Shown: positions 20,346 to 30,815 of the stretch, piece by piece
Position numbering within the stretch: the first letter of the stretch is position 1
How the letters are laid out: every line of letters begins with the position of its first letter
Assembly: GCA_020343515.1 (NCBI GenBank)
Contig: CP070798.1
Coordinates: 83,488 to 139,088 of the forward strand
DNA: 55,601 nucleotides
Direction of reading: 5' to 3'
DNA from: Thermoplasmatales archaeon
GTDB taxonomy: Archaea; Thermoplasmatota; E2; DHVEG-1
Made by a program: the position numbers and the translations under genes
Notes under the pieces: model-generated
The model's input: only the letters and a program-made list of their open reading frames with translations
Told to the model about the DNA's origin: nothing
Databases searched by the model: none

Positions 20346-20868
20346 AAGTTGATTTTATCAACTCGGCTCCTTTCTCTATATTAATATTGCAAGGTGTAGG
20401 TAGCTTCATACCTGCTTTTCTAAGTGCTTTTTTAGCATGCGGGAGATATTGTTTCATTGTATCAATAGTCATTACTATTTGACTAGCATTTAGCCTCGCA
20501 CAAGTTCCAACATTTTTTCCATATGAAGATCTCATTCCTTGGGACACTCTATCTGCACCAGCCCCTGTAGCTTGTTTGTTTTCGCGAAGAACAACGTGGG
20601 GATACACCCGGATAATGAGTCTATAGTTTGCTGACCCGGCAAATTTTTCCATTACTCTGTTTGCAGAAATTCGAGCTGCCTCCAATGAATTGTGTCTTAC
20701 CTGGCAGTTCTCATTGGCAATGAGTGATAACTGTATGGGAAAATCTCCTTTTTTATTTCCCATATCAAACTGTGTTATACGCGATGCTGGTACTCCGCCT
20801 AAAAACTCTCTTCTCGTTGTAGGCTTTCCTCGTATATATCTATACATGCTACCTGGTTTTCGTGTCAT
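20332..20868 (-). CDS. rpl10e: 50S ribosomal protein L10e (uL16)
   Basis: MTRKPGSMYRYIRGKPTTRREFLGGVP and the rest of the protein match the L10e pattern. Confidence 0.9.
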   Translation of the reverse strand: MTRKPGSMYRYIRGKPTTRREFLGGVPASRITQFDMGNKKGDFPIQLSLIANENCQVRHNSLEAARISANRVMEKFAGSANYRLIIRVYPHVVLRENKQATGAGADRVSQGMRSSYGKNVGTCARLNASQIVMTIDTMKQYLPHAKKALRKAGMKLPTPCNINIEKGAELIKSTSKDT

Positions 20869-21042
20869 TCTTACAGCCAGCTTTGTTGATTATAGGAAAC
20901 TCGAAATAAATATGGTATTTATAACACTTTTTACCTATGGATGTTTAATTCCTCTAATACAGTGACCGAGCCCCCTTGACCACAACCTTTAAAACATGGA
21001 TTGGCTTGCGTAATTTGAAGTTACAAGAGATAGTGAATCAGA

Positions 21043-21612
21043 ATGAACGATAAAATAGTGATGCCTGGAGATCGGTTGTCCACTTCAGAGGAATTGTTAC
21101 CTGGCGAAGGCACGTTTGAAGAAGATGGTGTTATAAGGGCAGCTAGAGTTGGAAAATTTTTAGTAAATAAAAAGTATATGAGCGCAGAGGTAAAGCCTGT
21201 TACTAGTATACCTGTACTCATAAAAAAGGGAGATATTGTTATTGCAAAGGTTGATTCGGTGAAATCATCAATGTTAATTGCTGAGGTATTGCATGTTGTC
21301 GGGAAAAACAGGGGAATCTCCGGCGATACATCTGCAACCCTCCATGTATCAGAAATAGCAAGAGGCTACGTGAAAGAACCTGCCACAGAATTTGGAGTAG
21401 GTGATTATTTTAGAGCAAAGGTTTTCCAAGTTAAACCAAGTATTCAAATTACCACAAAAGACGGAGATCTTGGCGCCATAAAGTCATTATGTACGAAATG
21501 TAGAAATCCGCTTGTTAAAAAAGGCAATATTCTAGAATGTGAGAACTGCGGTAATAAACAAAAAAGAAGAATTGCAACAGATTATGGCGAAATTGATTTG
21601 AATAAATTATGA
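21043..21612 (+). CDS. csl4: Exosome complex RNA-binding subunit Csl4
   Basis: N terminus PGDRLSTSEELLPGEGT, a central S1-like region and a C-terminal CxxC...CxxC zinc ribbon. Confidence 0.8.
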   Translation: MNDKIVMPGDRLSTSEELLPGEGTFEEDGVIRAARVGKFLVNKKYMSAEVKPVTSIPVLIKKGDIVIAKVDSVKSSMLIAEVLHVVGKNRGISGDTSATLHVSEIARGYVKEPATEFGVGDYFRAKVFQVKPSIQITTKDGDLGAIKSLCTKCRNPLVKKGNILECENCGNKQKRRIATDYGEIDLNKL

Positions 21613-21635
21613 CAACAATGTAAAAGGATGATAGC

Positions 21636-21899
21636 ATGGATTTTAAAAAAATTAAAAAAACAGCAAACGAACTCGAAATAGAAATTGGTGACGAATACGA
21701 GAATATTCTCAATCCCATTACACACATCCTTTTAGAGAATAAAGACGTAGAGTATGCCGCATGTATGACAGATCATCCTCTTTCTACTAAAAGACGATTG
21801 TTTATCCGAGTTAAAAAAGGCACTGCAGATGATGCTTTGAAAAACGCTGTGAAGTATTTGAAGGATGAAATAAAGAAATTCGGTAAAAATTTTGAATAA
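21636..21899 (+). CDS. rpoL: DNA-directed RNA polymerase subunit L (Rpo11)
   Basis: ELEIEIGDEYENILNPI...DHPL. The size and the position after csl4 are typical. Confidence 0.8.
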   Translation: MDFKKIKKTANELEIEIGDEYENILNPITHILLENKDVEYAACMTDHPLSTKRRLFIRVKKGTADDALKNAVKYLKDEIKKFGKNFE

Positions 21900-21915
21900 A
21901 AAGAGTTTAAAGTAG

Positions 21916-23220
21916 ATGTCAGATTTTGAAAAAAATATTGGTATCGAGACTTATTTTACACCTCAGCCCGGCATAAGTGGAAAGCTCCGAAGCATTCCTG
22001 AAGATTTTATTGTTGAAGAAATTTTCTTATATCCAACGAGGAAAAAGGATGGATCATACACTATTGCTGAGGTATCACGCAAGAACTGGGAAACCCATAC
22101 ACTGGTCAAAGAGTTATCAAAAAAACTACATATTTCAAGAAAAAGAATAGGTTTTGCAGGTACAAAAGATAAAAGATCCTGTAGTACACAACTGATGTCT
22201 TTTCATAATGTCTCTAAGGACGAATTATCTCACATTAAGGTTAAAGATGTGACAATAGAAAACATCTGTAGTTCTGATAAATCTGTAAAAATAGGGGATT
22301 TGCACGGAAACAGATTTGAAATAACTATAAGAAATATTGACAACGATGTCACATCAGAAAAAATACAGGATACTGTTTTATATCTGGAGAATCAAGTCGG
22401 GTTTCCAAATTTTTATGGTGTTCAACGTTTTGGCATTGTAAGACCTATCACGCATATCATCGGCAAACACATCATAGAGGGAGATTTTAAGAAAGCAGTT
22501 ATGAGCTATGTTGCCAACCCCATGAAAGGAGAAAGTGAAGATACGTATAAAGTAAGAGAGGAGTTGGAGAAGTCACATAATTTTTCACAGGCACTCCAGT
22601 CGTATCCAGACGTTCTTAATTTTGAAAAAGCAATTCTAAACAATTTGGTTACAGACCCAGATGATTTTATAGGTGCGCTGAAAGAGCTACCCCGAAATCT
22701 TTTGACAATGTTTATCCATGCATATCAATCTTATCTTTTTAATAAAATTTTAAGTGAACGTATCCGTAAAAAAATTCCTATAAACAAAGCAATAGTTGGC
22801 GATATCGTGTTGCCTATTAGAAAAAACAGAAGAGATGATAACGGCATCATTGTAAAAGAATCGAACATTGAAAAGGTAAATAACCAGATCTCAAAAGGGA
22901 AGGCAGCTGTTAGCGGGTTGTTAGTTGGTAGTGATTCAATTTTCTCCAATGGAGAAATGGGTGAAATAGAACGCAAAAAAATTGAGAAAGAAAGAATCGA
23001 TTACAGAGACTTCATCATCCCTGAAATTCCCTTTATTTCTTCATCAGGGTCTAGACGTGCGCTTTTAGCCACAATAAACAATATGAATTGGAAACTATAT
23101 GATGACAGAGTAAACGAGGGTAAACAAGCGCTTTATTTGAAGTTTGAATTGCAAAAAGGATGCTATGCAACCTCTCTTCTGCGGGAATTTATGAAGTCAA
23201 GGGATGCAAAAAATTATTAA
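21916..23220 (+). CDS. truD: tRNA pseudouridine(13) synthase TruD
   Basis: FAGTKDKRS with the catalytic Asp, and PNFYGVQRFG. Confidence 0.85.
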   Translation: MSDFEKNIGIETYFTPQPGISGKLRSIPEDFIVEEIFLYPTRKKDGSYTIAEVSRKNWETHTLVKELSKKLHISRKRIGFAGTKDKRSCSTQLMSFHNVSKDELSHIKVKDVTIENICSSDKSVKIGDLHGNRFEITIRNIDNDVTSEKIQDTVLYLENQVGFPNFYGVQRFGIVRPITHIIGKHIIEGDFKKAVMSYVANPMKGESEDTYKVREELEKSHNFSQALQSYPDVLNFEKAILNNLVTDPDDFIGALKELPRNLLTMFIHAYQSYLFNKILSERIRKKIPINKAIVGDIVLPIRKNRRDDNGIIVKESNIEKVNNQISKGKAAVSGLLVGSDSIFSNGEMGEIERKKIEKERIDYRDFIIPEIPFISSSGSRRALLATINNMNWKLYDDRVNEGKQALYLKFELQKGCYATSLLREFMKSRDAKNY

Positions 23221-23306
23221 ATAGATGTGACGGAAATGGTTTTAACGGGCTTTTACCATTACGTTGTCAATCCTGTAAGGTAGTATCATAATTCGGTGAA
23301 AAAATA

Positions 23307-26300
23307 ATGATTCAATATTCGCCTCAGAAATACAACCCGAAAAAGGTTGAAGAAAAAATATTGAAATTCTGGGTAGCAAATAGCATTTTCAAAAAATCTG
23401 TCGAGCAAAGAAAAGGTTGTAAACCCTATGTTTTTTTAGAAGGCCCTCCAACAGCTAATGGATTGCCTCATCCTGGCCATGTTCTTACCCGGGTCATGAA
23501 AGACCTAGTGCTACGTTATCAGGCCATGAATGGATATTACATCGAGAGAAAGGCAGGTTGGGATACACATGGTCTTCCTGTAGAGATAGAGGTGGAGAAA
23601 CAGCTTGGATTAGAAGACAAACAAGCTATTGAAAAATATGGAATTGCCAAGTTTAATGAGGAATGTAAAAAAAGCACGCTTAGATATGAACGCGCCTGGG
23701 TTGATATGACCCATCGTATCGGGTTTTGGCTAGACATGGACAACCCATATATCACCTTTAAAAACGAATATATTGAGTCTGTCTGGTGGTCTCTTAAACA
23801 AGCATGGGATAAAAAATTGCTCTACAAGGGCCATAAGGTTGTCCCTTACTGCCCTAGGTGTGGAACCGTGCTTTCTGCTCATGAACTTTCACAGGGATAT
23901 AAAACGGTAGAGGAGCCCTCCATTTTTGTGAAATTTAAACTGAAAAATGAGGATGCATATTTTGTCGCATGGACTACAACTCCTTGGACTCTTATTTCAA
24001 ACGTAGCGCTTGCTGTTCATCCGGATGAAACCTATATAAAAATACGTTATAGAGGACGGGTCCTTATTTTAGCGGAGACCCCTGCAGCCGCTTTATTAAA
24101 GGGCCAGGAATATGAGCTACTCGATGGGTTCTCTGGAAAGGAACTTGAAGGAATAGAATACGAGCCCTTGTTTGACTTTGCAAGACCAGATAAAAAAGCA
24201 TGGTATATAGTTTTAGCTAATTTTGTAACCACGGAGGAGGGAACAGGGATTGTTCACATTGCTCCTGCTTTTGGTGAGGACGATTACAACGTTGGTCGAC
24301 AATACGATCTCCCCGTTGTTCAATTGGTCAAGCTAGATGGGACTTTTCCTGATGAAGTTACACTGTGGAAAGGGCAGTTTGTTAAGGACGCGGATCCTAG
24401 CATCATTGAATATTTAGAAGAAAGGGGTTTACTTGAGGGGACAAGAACCTATACCCATGAGTATCCGTTCTGCTGGCGTTGTGACACCCCACTTTTGTAC
24501 TATGCGATGGAGTCGTGGTTTATAGCTATGTCTAAGGTACAGGAATCCCTGTTGAAAAACAATGATCAGATAAATTGGTATCCAGAGCATCTTCAAAAAG
24601 GACGTTTCGGGGATTTTATCCGTGAGGTAAAAGACTGGGCTCTATCCCGGGATCGATATTGGGGGACCCCGCTACCTATTTGGATTTGTGATAATAACAA
24701 ATGTAGAAATATTTTATGTATAGGTAGTGTTGATGAGTTAAAACGTTTAAGTGATACCTTCCCTGCAGATTATGATTTTCATAAACCATTTGTCGATGAG
24801 CTGGTAGTTCATTGTCCAAAATGTCAATCTCAGATGAACCGGGAGAAAGAGGTTATTGATTGTTGGTATGACTCGGGGTCTGCTTTTTTCGCTCAGTGGC
24901 ATTATCCCTTTGAAAACAGGGAAAAATTCAAATCTAATTACCCAGTAGATTTTATCACCGAGGCGCTTGATCAAACCCGGGGATGGTTTTACTCTCTGCT
25001 GGCGACTTCAACATTTTTATTTGATAAAAACCCTTACAAAAACGTGTTAACACTTGGATTAGTTTTGGATAAAGAGGGTCAGAAGATGAGTAAAAGCAAA
25101 CAGAACTATGTTGACCCAAATATAATCCTTGATCACGAGGGCGCTGATGCGCTTCGTTGGTATCTCATCTCTGCTAATGCTCCTTGGATGTCTACACGGT
25201 TTTATGAGGAAGCAGTAAAGGATACTCTTGGTAAATTCATCCTCACTCTTTGGAACTCGTACAATTTCTTTACCACTTACGCCTCCTTGGATAAATACGA
25301 TCCAAAAAAAGATGCTATTATTAAAGAGAGGAGACAGCTTTTAGATAAATGGATTATAAGTAGATTCAACGGAATCATTTCCAAAGCTAGAAAAGATATA
25401 GAGACCTTCGATATTCATAAGGCCGCTAGAGTTATTGAGAATTTTGTTATTGAAGACTTTAGCAATTGGCATCTCCGTCGTTCACGGAAGAGGTTATGGG
25501 TCGAAGAAAAAACTGAAGACAAGCTTTCAGGATACTCAACAATGTATGATATTTTCCTTGGATTGTCTAAACTTTTAGCACCATTCATTCCTTTTATTAC
25601 TGAAGAAATGTATCAAAATCTAAGAACTGGTGATATGCATGAAAGCATTCACCTATGTGATTTTCCTGAGCCGGATGAAGAACAGATGGACGCAAAACTC
25701 GAGGAAGGGATGGAAAGGCTAAGAGAATTGGTAGAAATCGGGAGGTCACTTCGATCAAAGATTGGGATCAAAGTTAGGTACCCTTTGAGTAATGCTTCTA
25801 TAGTGTGTGAAGAAAACGTTGAGAATTCAATTAAAGATTTGTTAGATTTGTTGAATGAGGAAATCAATGTAAAACATATTTCTTTTGCTAAAGATACTTC
25901 TCAGTTTATTACTAAAATAGTTAAACCAAATCACTCTAATTTAGGTCCAAGGTTAAAAGAAAAAGTCAAAAAGGTCATCGATAAAATAGAAGGCATGGAC
26001 AAAAACAAATTATATGATAATCTCATAAAAAACAAACAAATCATTGTAGAATTAAATGGTGAAAAAATAAAACTCACCATAGATGATTTTGAAATAGTTG
26101 AAAAAGAAAAAGCACATTTTGCTCGTGCCGAAGTCGGGGATATAATTCTTTTCCTAGATATGACTATTACACCAGAATTAGAAGCTGAGGGTTTCGCGCG
26201 AGAATTAGTGAGAAGAATTCAATCTATGAGAAAGGAACTAGACCTCGATGTGGAAGACAAGATTAATACAGAAATCTTGGTAGATCAGGAGAAAAGAAAA

Positions 26301-26438
26301 GCTTTAAAGAAATGGGAAGACTACATATTAGTAGAAACAAGGTCTAATAAAATATCCTTTGTTGAAAAACCTAGTGGAAAACTTGTGAAGAAATGGAAGA
26401 TAGACGAGTTAGATGCTGAAATTGGAATAAACAAATAA
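23307..26438 (+). CDS. ileS: Isoleucine--tRNA ligase
   Basis: PPTANGLPHPGH (HIGH), an intact KMSKS, a CP1 editing region and a Zn-binding CPRCGT. Confidence 0.95.
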   Translation: MIQYSPQKYNPKKVEEKILKFWVANSIFKKSVEQRKGCKPYVFLEGPPTANGLPHPGHVLTRVMKDLVLRYQAMNGYYIERKAGWDTHGLPVEIEVEKQLGLEDKQAIEKYGIAKFNEECKKSTLRYERAWVDMTHRIGFWLDMDNPYITFKNEYIESVWWSLKQAWDKKLLYKGHKVVPYCPRCGTVLSAHELSQGYKTVEEPSIFVKFKLKNEDAYFVAWTTTPWTLISNVALAVHPDETYIKIRYRGRVLILAETPAAALLKGQEYELLDGFSGKELEGIEYEPLFDFARPDKKAWYIVLANFVTTEEGTGIVHIAPAFGEDDYNVGRQYDLPVVQLVKLDGTFPDEVTLWKGQFVKDADPSIIEYLEERGLLEGTRTYTHEYPFCWRCDTPLLYYAMESWFIAMSKVQESLLKNNDQINWYPEHLQKGRFGDFIREVKDWALSRDRYWGTPLPIWICDNNKCRNILCIGSVDELKRLSDTFPADYDFHKPFVDELVVHCPKCQSQMNREKEVIDCWYDSGSAFFAQWHYPFENREKFKSNYPVDFITEALDQTRGWFYSLLATSTFLFDKNPYKNVLTLGLVLDKEGQKMSKSKQNYVDPNIILDHEGADALRWYLISANAPWMSTRFYEEAVKDTLGKFILTLWNSYNFFTTYASLDKYDPKKDAIIKERRQLLDKWIISRFNGIISKARKDIETFDIHKAARVIENFVIEDFSNWHLRRSRKRLWVEEKTEDKLSGYSTMYDIFLGLSKLLAPFIPFITEEMYQNLRTGDMHESIHLCDFPEPDEEQMDAKLEEGMERLRELVEIGRSLRSKIGIKVRYPLSNASIVCEENVENSIKDLLDLLNEEINVKHISFAKDTSQFITKIVKPNHSNLGPRLKEKVKKVIDKIEGMDKNKLYDNLIKNKQIIVELNGEKIKLTIDDFEIVEKEKAHFARAEVGDIILFLDMTITPELEAEGFARELVRRIQSMRKELDLDVEDKINTEILVDQEKRKALKKWEDYILVETRSNKISFVEKPSGKLVKKWKIDELDAEIGINK

Positions 26439-26503
26439 GATTTTTTATTAATTATTTAATTAGAAAAATTTATAACTGCCAATGACGATATAAAAAATCT
26501 GAT

Positions 26504-26938
26504 ATGAAAAAAATGGATGAGAGAACTAAAAAAATTAGCGCTGCCTTAATCATGGCAATTATGTTTTCGCTTATTCCATTGTCTGTGACTACAACTGCAG
26601 AAAGTAGTCTAAAAAATGATGATTTCACTCTTTATATCTTAGGCGGAATTGGATACACGATATATATTGATAATAAATGGGGAGATCAAGAGTTAATCGT
26701 AACTCACACTGCCTTCGGTAAAGGAATTTTTAGAAACAATGTTGTTAGAGATATCAATGACAGTTTTAAGGTTTACCCTGGAAGTAGACATATTATAACC
26801 GTTCATCCTGTTTTTTGTGCAACACCCTTTGTAAATTTAACAGTAACACTAGCTGCAGGTAATAAATCATTGACTAGAAATGGAATACAATTTTTCTCAA
26901 AAATCCATATATTTTTAACTGGTCCAACACGTATTTAG
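26504..26938 (+). CDS. Small secreted hypothetical protein
   Basis: Charged N-region plus the hydrophobic core ISAALIMAIMFSLIPLSV. No family recognised. Confidence 0.5.
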   Translation: MKKMDERTKKISAALIMAIMFSLIPLSVTTTAESSLKNDDFTLYILGGIGYTIYIDNKWGDQELIVTHTAFGKGIFRNNVVRDINDSFKVYPGSRHIITVHPVFCATPFVNLTVTLAAGNKSLTRNGIQFFSKIHIFLTGPTRI

Positions 26939-27363
26939 AAGCAAAATTGGCATTTAGAAGTATCCTTTTTGTAAGGATTTTATATAAATTAATTGTAGTT
27001 TGAAATAATTAAATTTACATATTTCAAAGATAATTTCTCATATTAGTATATATTTGCAAGCTAATTTTCATTTACCAAATTTATTCTTTATAATAAGGAA
27101 ATTAGTTAAAGATAAAATTAAAAAAATGACTTCATTTGTCTGACACTTTTGACGATCAATGTTTCATTTTATTTAAAAATTTTTCTAGAGTTTTACACGT
27201 AAGAATCACCAAAGTATGGAAACGTGGAGAAAAAATTAGTACAATAACTTGTTTTGTTTTTTACCCTAAGAATCTATCCTATTTTCTTTTGGTAAAGTTT
27301 ATAAACAAAAAGTGTATTTGTGTTTCATGATAACATTTAACAATTTAAGTTAGAGTGGAGTTA

Positions 27364-28344
27364 ATGATGGAAAGTAAATACATTAAAAAGTCCATATCAA
27401 TTGGGGTAATACTAATTCTTCTTTCCGGAATTGTTTTTGTCCCATCTATTAACGCAAATCTAGATAAATTGTATGATGAGAGAAAATTAATTGAAATTAC
27501 TACAGAGGTCAGTGGATTAAAGGGTGTAAAAACTCATTCTGTCAAACTTACTCAACAAGAGGTAAATGAGTTAGGCGATCTATTTGAAACTATCAAAGAA
27601 CGATTAGATGGTGTTGAAACACGAGGAGAAAGTGTAGAGATATTTAATTGGGCTATTTTAAAATTGAATGAAAATGGATTACTTCCAAAAGGTAAAGGAG
27701 TCGAAGAGACACTATCCCTAATGACAGGTAAATTCAATATAAACAAATTTGACAAATCAGTTGAAAAAAGTGGTGAACAAAATAAACAATCAATTGATGA
27801 TAATGAAAACCGTTACTGTTTGATTGCTGGTCACACGCGTTTTTCATTATTTGCAAGTCTTAACTCAATACCGCGTTTGATTCTTTTATTTCTATTATCA
27901 CAAATCCGAATTTATCGGGGTTATCTAATGATCTACCTTATGGGAAAGATTCATGATTTAACAAATTATTCATTCCCATTACTATCATTTATCTACGAAA
28001 AACGTCACATAAATATATTTGCTTTGTATTTTGGTCTATCCCTTTTTCTAGGTATTGCTCTCCCATTTCTTTTACCTGTGGACATCGGAGGAATTATTAC
28101 CTTTGGATTTTCTTTTTATTATGATCCATGGTATGGCTATACGTATACTCCTTCCAAAGGGTGGGTATTCACAAGTGGACAAAATGGTATTATAAAATGG
28201 AACAACACCTTTTATGGACACCTTAGTGGAGATACTCTCTGTGTAGGCACCATAGGATATACAGGGATTAAAATCTGGTTACCGCTCAATACATTTTTCT
28301 TGGGCTTTGCTTCAAAGGTAAAACTCGATACAGATCACCCTTAA
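27364..28344 (+). CDS. Signal-peptide hypothetical protein, family B paralog
   Basis: Homologous along its whole length to 52351-53166. Shared blocks: PSINAN after the leader, EITTEV.GL, VEIFN...L...GLL, NENR.CLI.G, and the C-terminal GW.(F/W)T.G..GI..WN(G/N)T..G...GF.GIKI...FFLG(F/Y)A..VK(I/L)D. I prefer the ATG at 27364 over the GTG at 27355. Confidence 0.65.
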   Translation: MMESKYIKKSISIGVILILLSGIVFVPSINANLDKLYDERKLIEITTEVSGLKGVKTHSVKLTQQEVNELGDLFETIKERLDGVETRGESVEIFNWAILKLNENGLLPKGKGVEETLSLMTGKFNINKFDKSVEKSGEQNKQSIDDNENRYCLIAGHTRFSLFASLNSIPRLILLFLLSQIRIYRGYLMIYLMGKIHDLTNYSFPLLSFIYEKRHINIFALYFGLSLFLGIALPFLLPVDIGGIITFGFSFYYDPWYGYTYTPSKGWVFTSGQNGIIKWNNTFYGHLSGDTLCVGTIGYTGIKIWLPLNTFFLGFASKVKLDTDHP

Positions 28345-28464
28345 TATGAGAGAACCTTTGTTTTGATTTGTTGTGCATAGCAATCTTAATCATGGTTTAC
28401 AGTTAAAAAGAGTAAAAGTTTAATTGTGCCCAAATTTATTTTATATGAATCTTATTATCACCTG

Positions 28465-29460
28465 ATGATAAGTCTAGGCATTGAAGGTACAGCACATTCT
28501 ATTGGTGTTGGAATTATTCAAGATTTTAAAGGAAAATGCCACGTTCTCTCTAACCTAATAAAAACTTATACGCCAGAAAAAGGAGGTATTCACCCAAGGG
28601 AGGCTGCAAACTATCATGCTGCCCATATTGCTGATTTGATTAGTGATTCTGTAAAAAAAGCAAATCTTAATTTTTCTGACATTGATTTGGTATCGTTTTC
28701 ACAGGGCCCTGGACTTGGGCCATGCTTGAGAACTGCAGCAACTGCAGCCCGTGCCCTAGCATTAACTCTTGATAAACCGATCATGGGAACCAATCACTGT
28801 GTTGCTCATCTGGAGATTGGAAAGGGGACTATTGATGAGTGTACAGATCCCGTGTTGTTATATGTTTCAGGTGCAAACACACAAGTTATTGCTTTTGCAG
28901 AAGGGAAATATCGTGTATTTGGCGAAACACTTGATGTGGGAATTGGCAACTGTCTCGATAAGTTCGGTAGAACTGTTGGCATAAAATTTCCATGTGGACC
29001 AAAAATCGAAGAAATGGCAAAAAAGGGGGAGAGGTATCTGAATCTACCATATTCAATAAAGGGAATGGACATTGCTTTTTCAGGGTTGTTGACTGCAGCA
29101 GAACATTTCTTTCATAAGGGGAATAAATTAGAAGACATTTGCTTTTCGATTCAAGAAACTACATTTGCGGCACTTACAGAAGTGACTGAGCGGGCGATGG
29201 CTCATACTGAAAAAAATGAGGTTTTACTTGGAGGAGGTGTTGCAAGCAATACTCGATTGAGAGAGATGGTAAACATTATGGCGCAGGAGCGTGAAGCATC
29301 TTTTTTTGTTCCTTCCCAGAGGCTTTGTCTTGACAATGGCGCTATGATTGCGTGGCTCGGCTTCTTAATGTATGAAAATGGTATACGGATGAGTATTGAA
29401 GAGAGTGTAATTAATCAACGTTTTAGAACAGATATGGTGGATGTGACCTGGCGTGGATAA
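28465..29460 (+). CDS. kae1: tRNA N6-adenosine threonylcarbamoyltransferase Kae1
   Basis: MISLGIEGTAHS, NHCVAHLEIG and GGGVASNTRLRE. The ATG at 28465 fits the conserved N terminus better than the GTG at 28426. Confidence 0.9.
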   Translation: MISLGIEGTAHSIGVGIIQDFKGKCHVLSNLIKTYTPEKGGIHPREAANYHAAHIADLISDSVKKANLNFSDIDLVSFSQGPGLGPCLRTAATAARALALTLDKPIMGTNHCVAHLEIGKGTIDECTDPVLLYVSGANTQVIAFAEGKYRVFGETLDVGIGNCLDKFGRTVGIKFPCGPKIEEMAKKGERYLNLPYSIKGMDIAFSGLLTAAEHFFHKGNKLEDICFSIQETTFAALTEVTERAMAHTEKNEVLLGGGVASNTRLREMVNIMAQEREASFFVPSQRLCLDNGAMIAWLGFLMYENGIRMSIEESVINQRFRTDMVDVTWRG

Positions 29461-30076
29461 AAAGATTATTTATAAAGGAGCAGAAGCGGAAATCGTTTTA
29501 TCCCGTTATTTGGGGGAAAAAGTTGTACAAAAAAGGCGAATACCAAAATCGTATAGAATAAAAGAGATTGATTCTTTTCTAATTTCCTTTAGGACAAAGG
29601 AAGAGGCAAAGTTGATTTCTGAAGCACGCTCTTATGGCGTATCTGTTCCAATAATCTACGATGTTGACCTTGAAGGAGGAGTCATTACTATGCAGTATGT
29701 CGCGGGAAGACGGATAAAGGATATCTTGAATGATTTGGATGAAAAAGAAAGAAAGCGTATATGTATTATGATTGGAGAAAGTGTAGCAAAGCTCCACAAC
29801 AATGATATTATCCATGGAGATATCACAACGTCAAACATGATACTTCTTGATGATAGAATACATTTTATTGACTTTGGTCTCGGTGGTAAAAATAGTGAGA
29901 TCGAAACAAAAGGCGTAGACCTGCATGTTCTTATGGAGGCTTTTGAATCTACTCATTCTCAGCATCCAAAATGTTTTGACTATGTACTTGAAGGCTACAA
30001 AAAAGAATTTCTCGGAAATACAGATACAATCGTTAAAAAAATTAATGATATCGTTAAAAGGGGGAGATACAGATAA
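29453..30076 (+). CDS. bud32: Bud32/PRPK-type Kae1-associated kinase
   Basis: YKGAEAEI, VQKRRIPKSYR, HGDITTSNMIL and IDFGL. The GTG start lies inside the kae1 3' end, an 8-nt overlap. Confidence 0.8.
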   Translation: MDKKIIYKGAEAEIVLSRYLGEKVVQKRRIPKSYRIKEIDSFLISFRTKEEAKLISEARSYGVSVPIIYDVDLEGGVITMQYVAGRRIKDILNDLDEKERKRICIMIGESVAKLHNNDIIHGDITTSNMILLDDRIHFIDFGLGGKNSEIETKGVDLHVLMEAFESTHSQHPKCFDYVLEGYKKEFLGNTDTIVKKINDIVKRGRYR

Positions 30077-30624
30077 AGACAATCTATTTTATTACTGGAA
30101 ATGAGGGGAAATTTTCTGAGGTAAAAGAAAAATTGCAATGTCTCCATATTACAGTAATTCAAAAAAATGTTGGATATCCTGAGATTCAGGCAAATTCTCT
30201 TGAAGAGGTCGCTGGCTATGGCGTAGAACATATAAAAAAAAGATTTCGCCATCCTTTTATACTTGAAGATGCAGGGCTTTTTATTGATGCATTGGAAGGT
30301 TTTCCTGGCGTATATTCCAAGTATGTATTTTTTACCATTGGATGCAAGGGTATTCTAAAGCTATTGGAGGGAAATAAGAAGCGGACAGCTGTTTTTAGAT
30401 CGGTGTATGTTTATTCTGAACCATATAAAAAACCCTTGTTCTTTATAGGAGAATGCCATGGGACAATAGCCACTGAAGAAAAGGGAGAAGGTGGTTTTGG
30501 CTATGATCCCATATTTATCCCTGACGGTAAAACAGTAACATTTGCCGAGATGAGTACTAAAGATAAAAACAGGGATTCTCATCGAGGAAAAGCCCTAGAT
30601 AAACTCATTGATTTTTTAAAATAA
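30073..30624 (+). CDS. Non-canonical purine NTP pyrophosphatase (HAM1/RdgB/Mj0226 family)
   Basis: KTIYFITGNEGK...YPEIQ...EDAGLF...GFPGVYSK...GFGYDPIF...SHRGKA. The conserved TGN..K block lies upstream of the first ATG/GTG/TTG in frame. The only plausible initiator is ATA at 30073, which overlaps the bud32 stop. Confidence 0.7.
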   Translation: MKTIYFITGNEGKFSEVKEKLQCLHITVIQKNVGYPEIQANSLEEVAGYGVEHIKKRFRHPFILEDAGLFIDALEGFPGVYSKYVFFTIGCKGILKLLEGNKKRTAVFRSVYVYSEPYKKPLFFIGECHGTIATEEKGEGGFGYDPIFIPDGKTVTFAEMSTKDKNRDSHRGKALDKLIDFLK

Positions 30625-30815
30625 AGATGTTAATAAGAAATAAACACAAATAGTTAATTAGAGAAAACAGTCAAAGGTTCATTACCCATCTTCACAACTC
30701 AATAGTCCTATTTTGCAAAAGTAATTTAAAATATTAGGATATTTAAAAGTATGTCAAAGAATAATCATAAAAATAGAAAGTTTTAAAAAGACATGTTTAT
30801 AATAATGGGTAGGAT

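Noticed and set aside
23235-23260. 6-bp hairpin (AATGGT/ACCATT) between truD and ileS
   Set aside because: The stem is short and AT-rich with no T-run or conserved element, so it is within chance expectation.
27136-27330. 64-aa ORF in the AT-rich spacer before the family B gene; likewise the ORF at 52022-52207
   Set aside because: Neither has an RBS, and both have odd composition. They sit in regions better explained as promoter or spacer sequence. The second one runs into the repeated module.
28426-28464. GTG at 28426 as the kae1 start, and the long 48497 start for the polyferredoxin
   Set aside because: Internal ATGs (28465 and 48434) match the conserved N termini. In the ferredoxin case, the ATG also removes an overlap and gains a Shine-Dalgarno sequence.
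30133-30135. TTG at 30133 as the HAM1 start (as in the ORF track)
   Set aside because: It would remove the conserved N-terminal strand and the TGN..K motif, which are clearly encoded in frame upstream.
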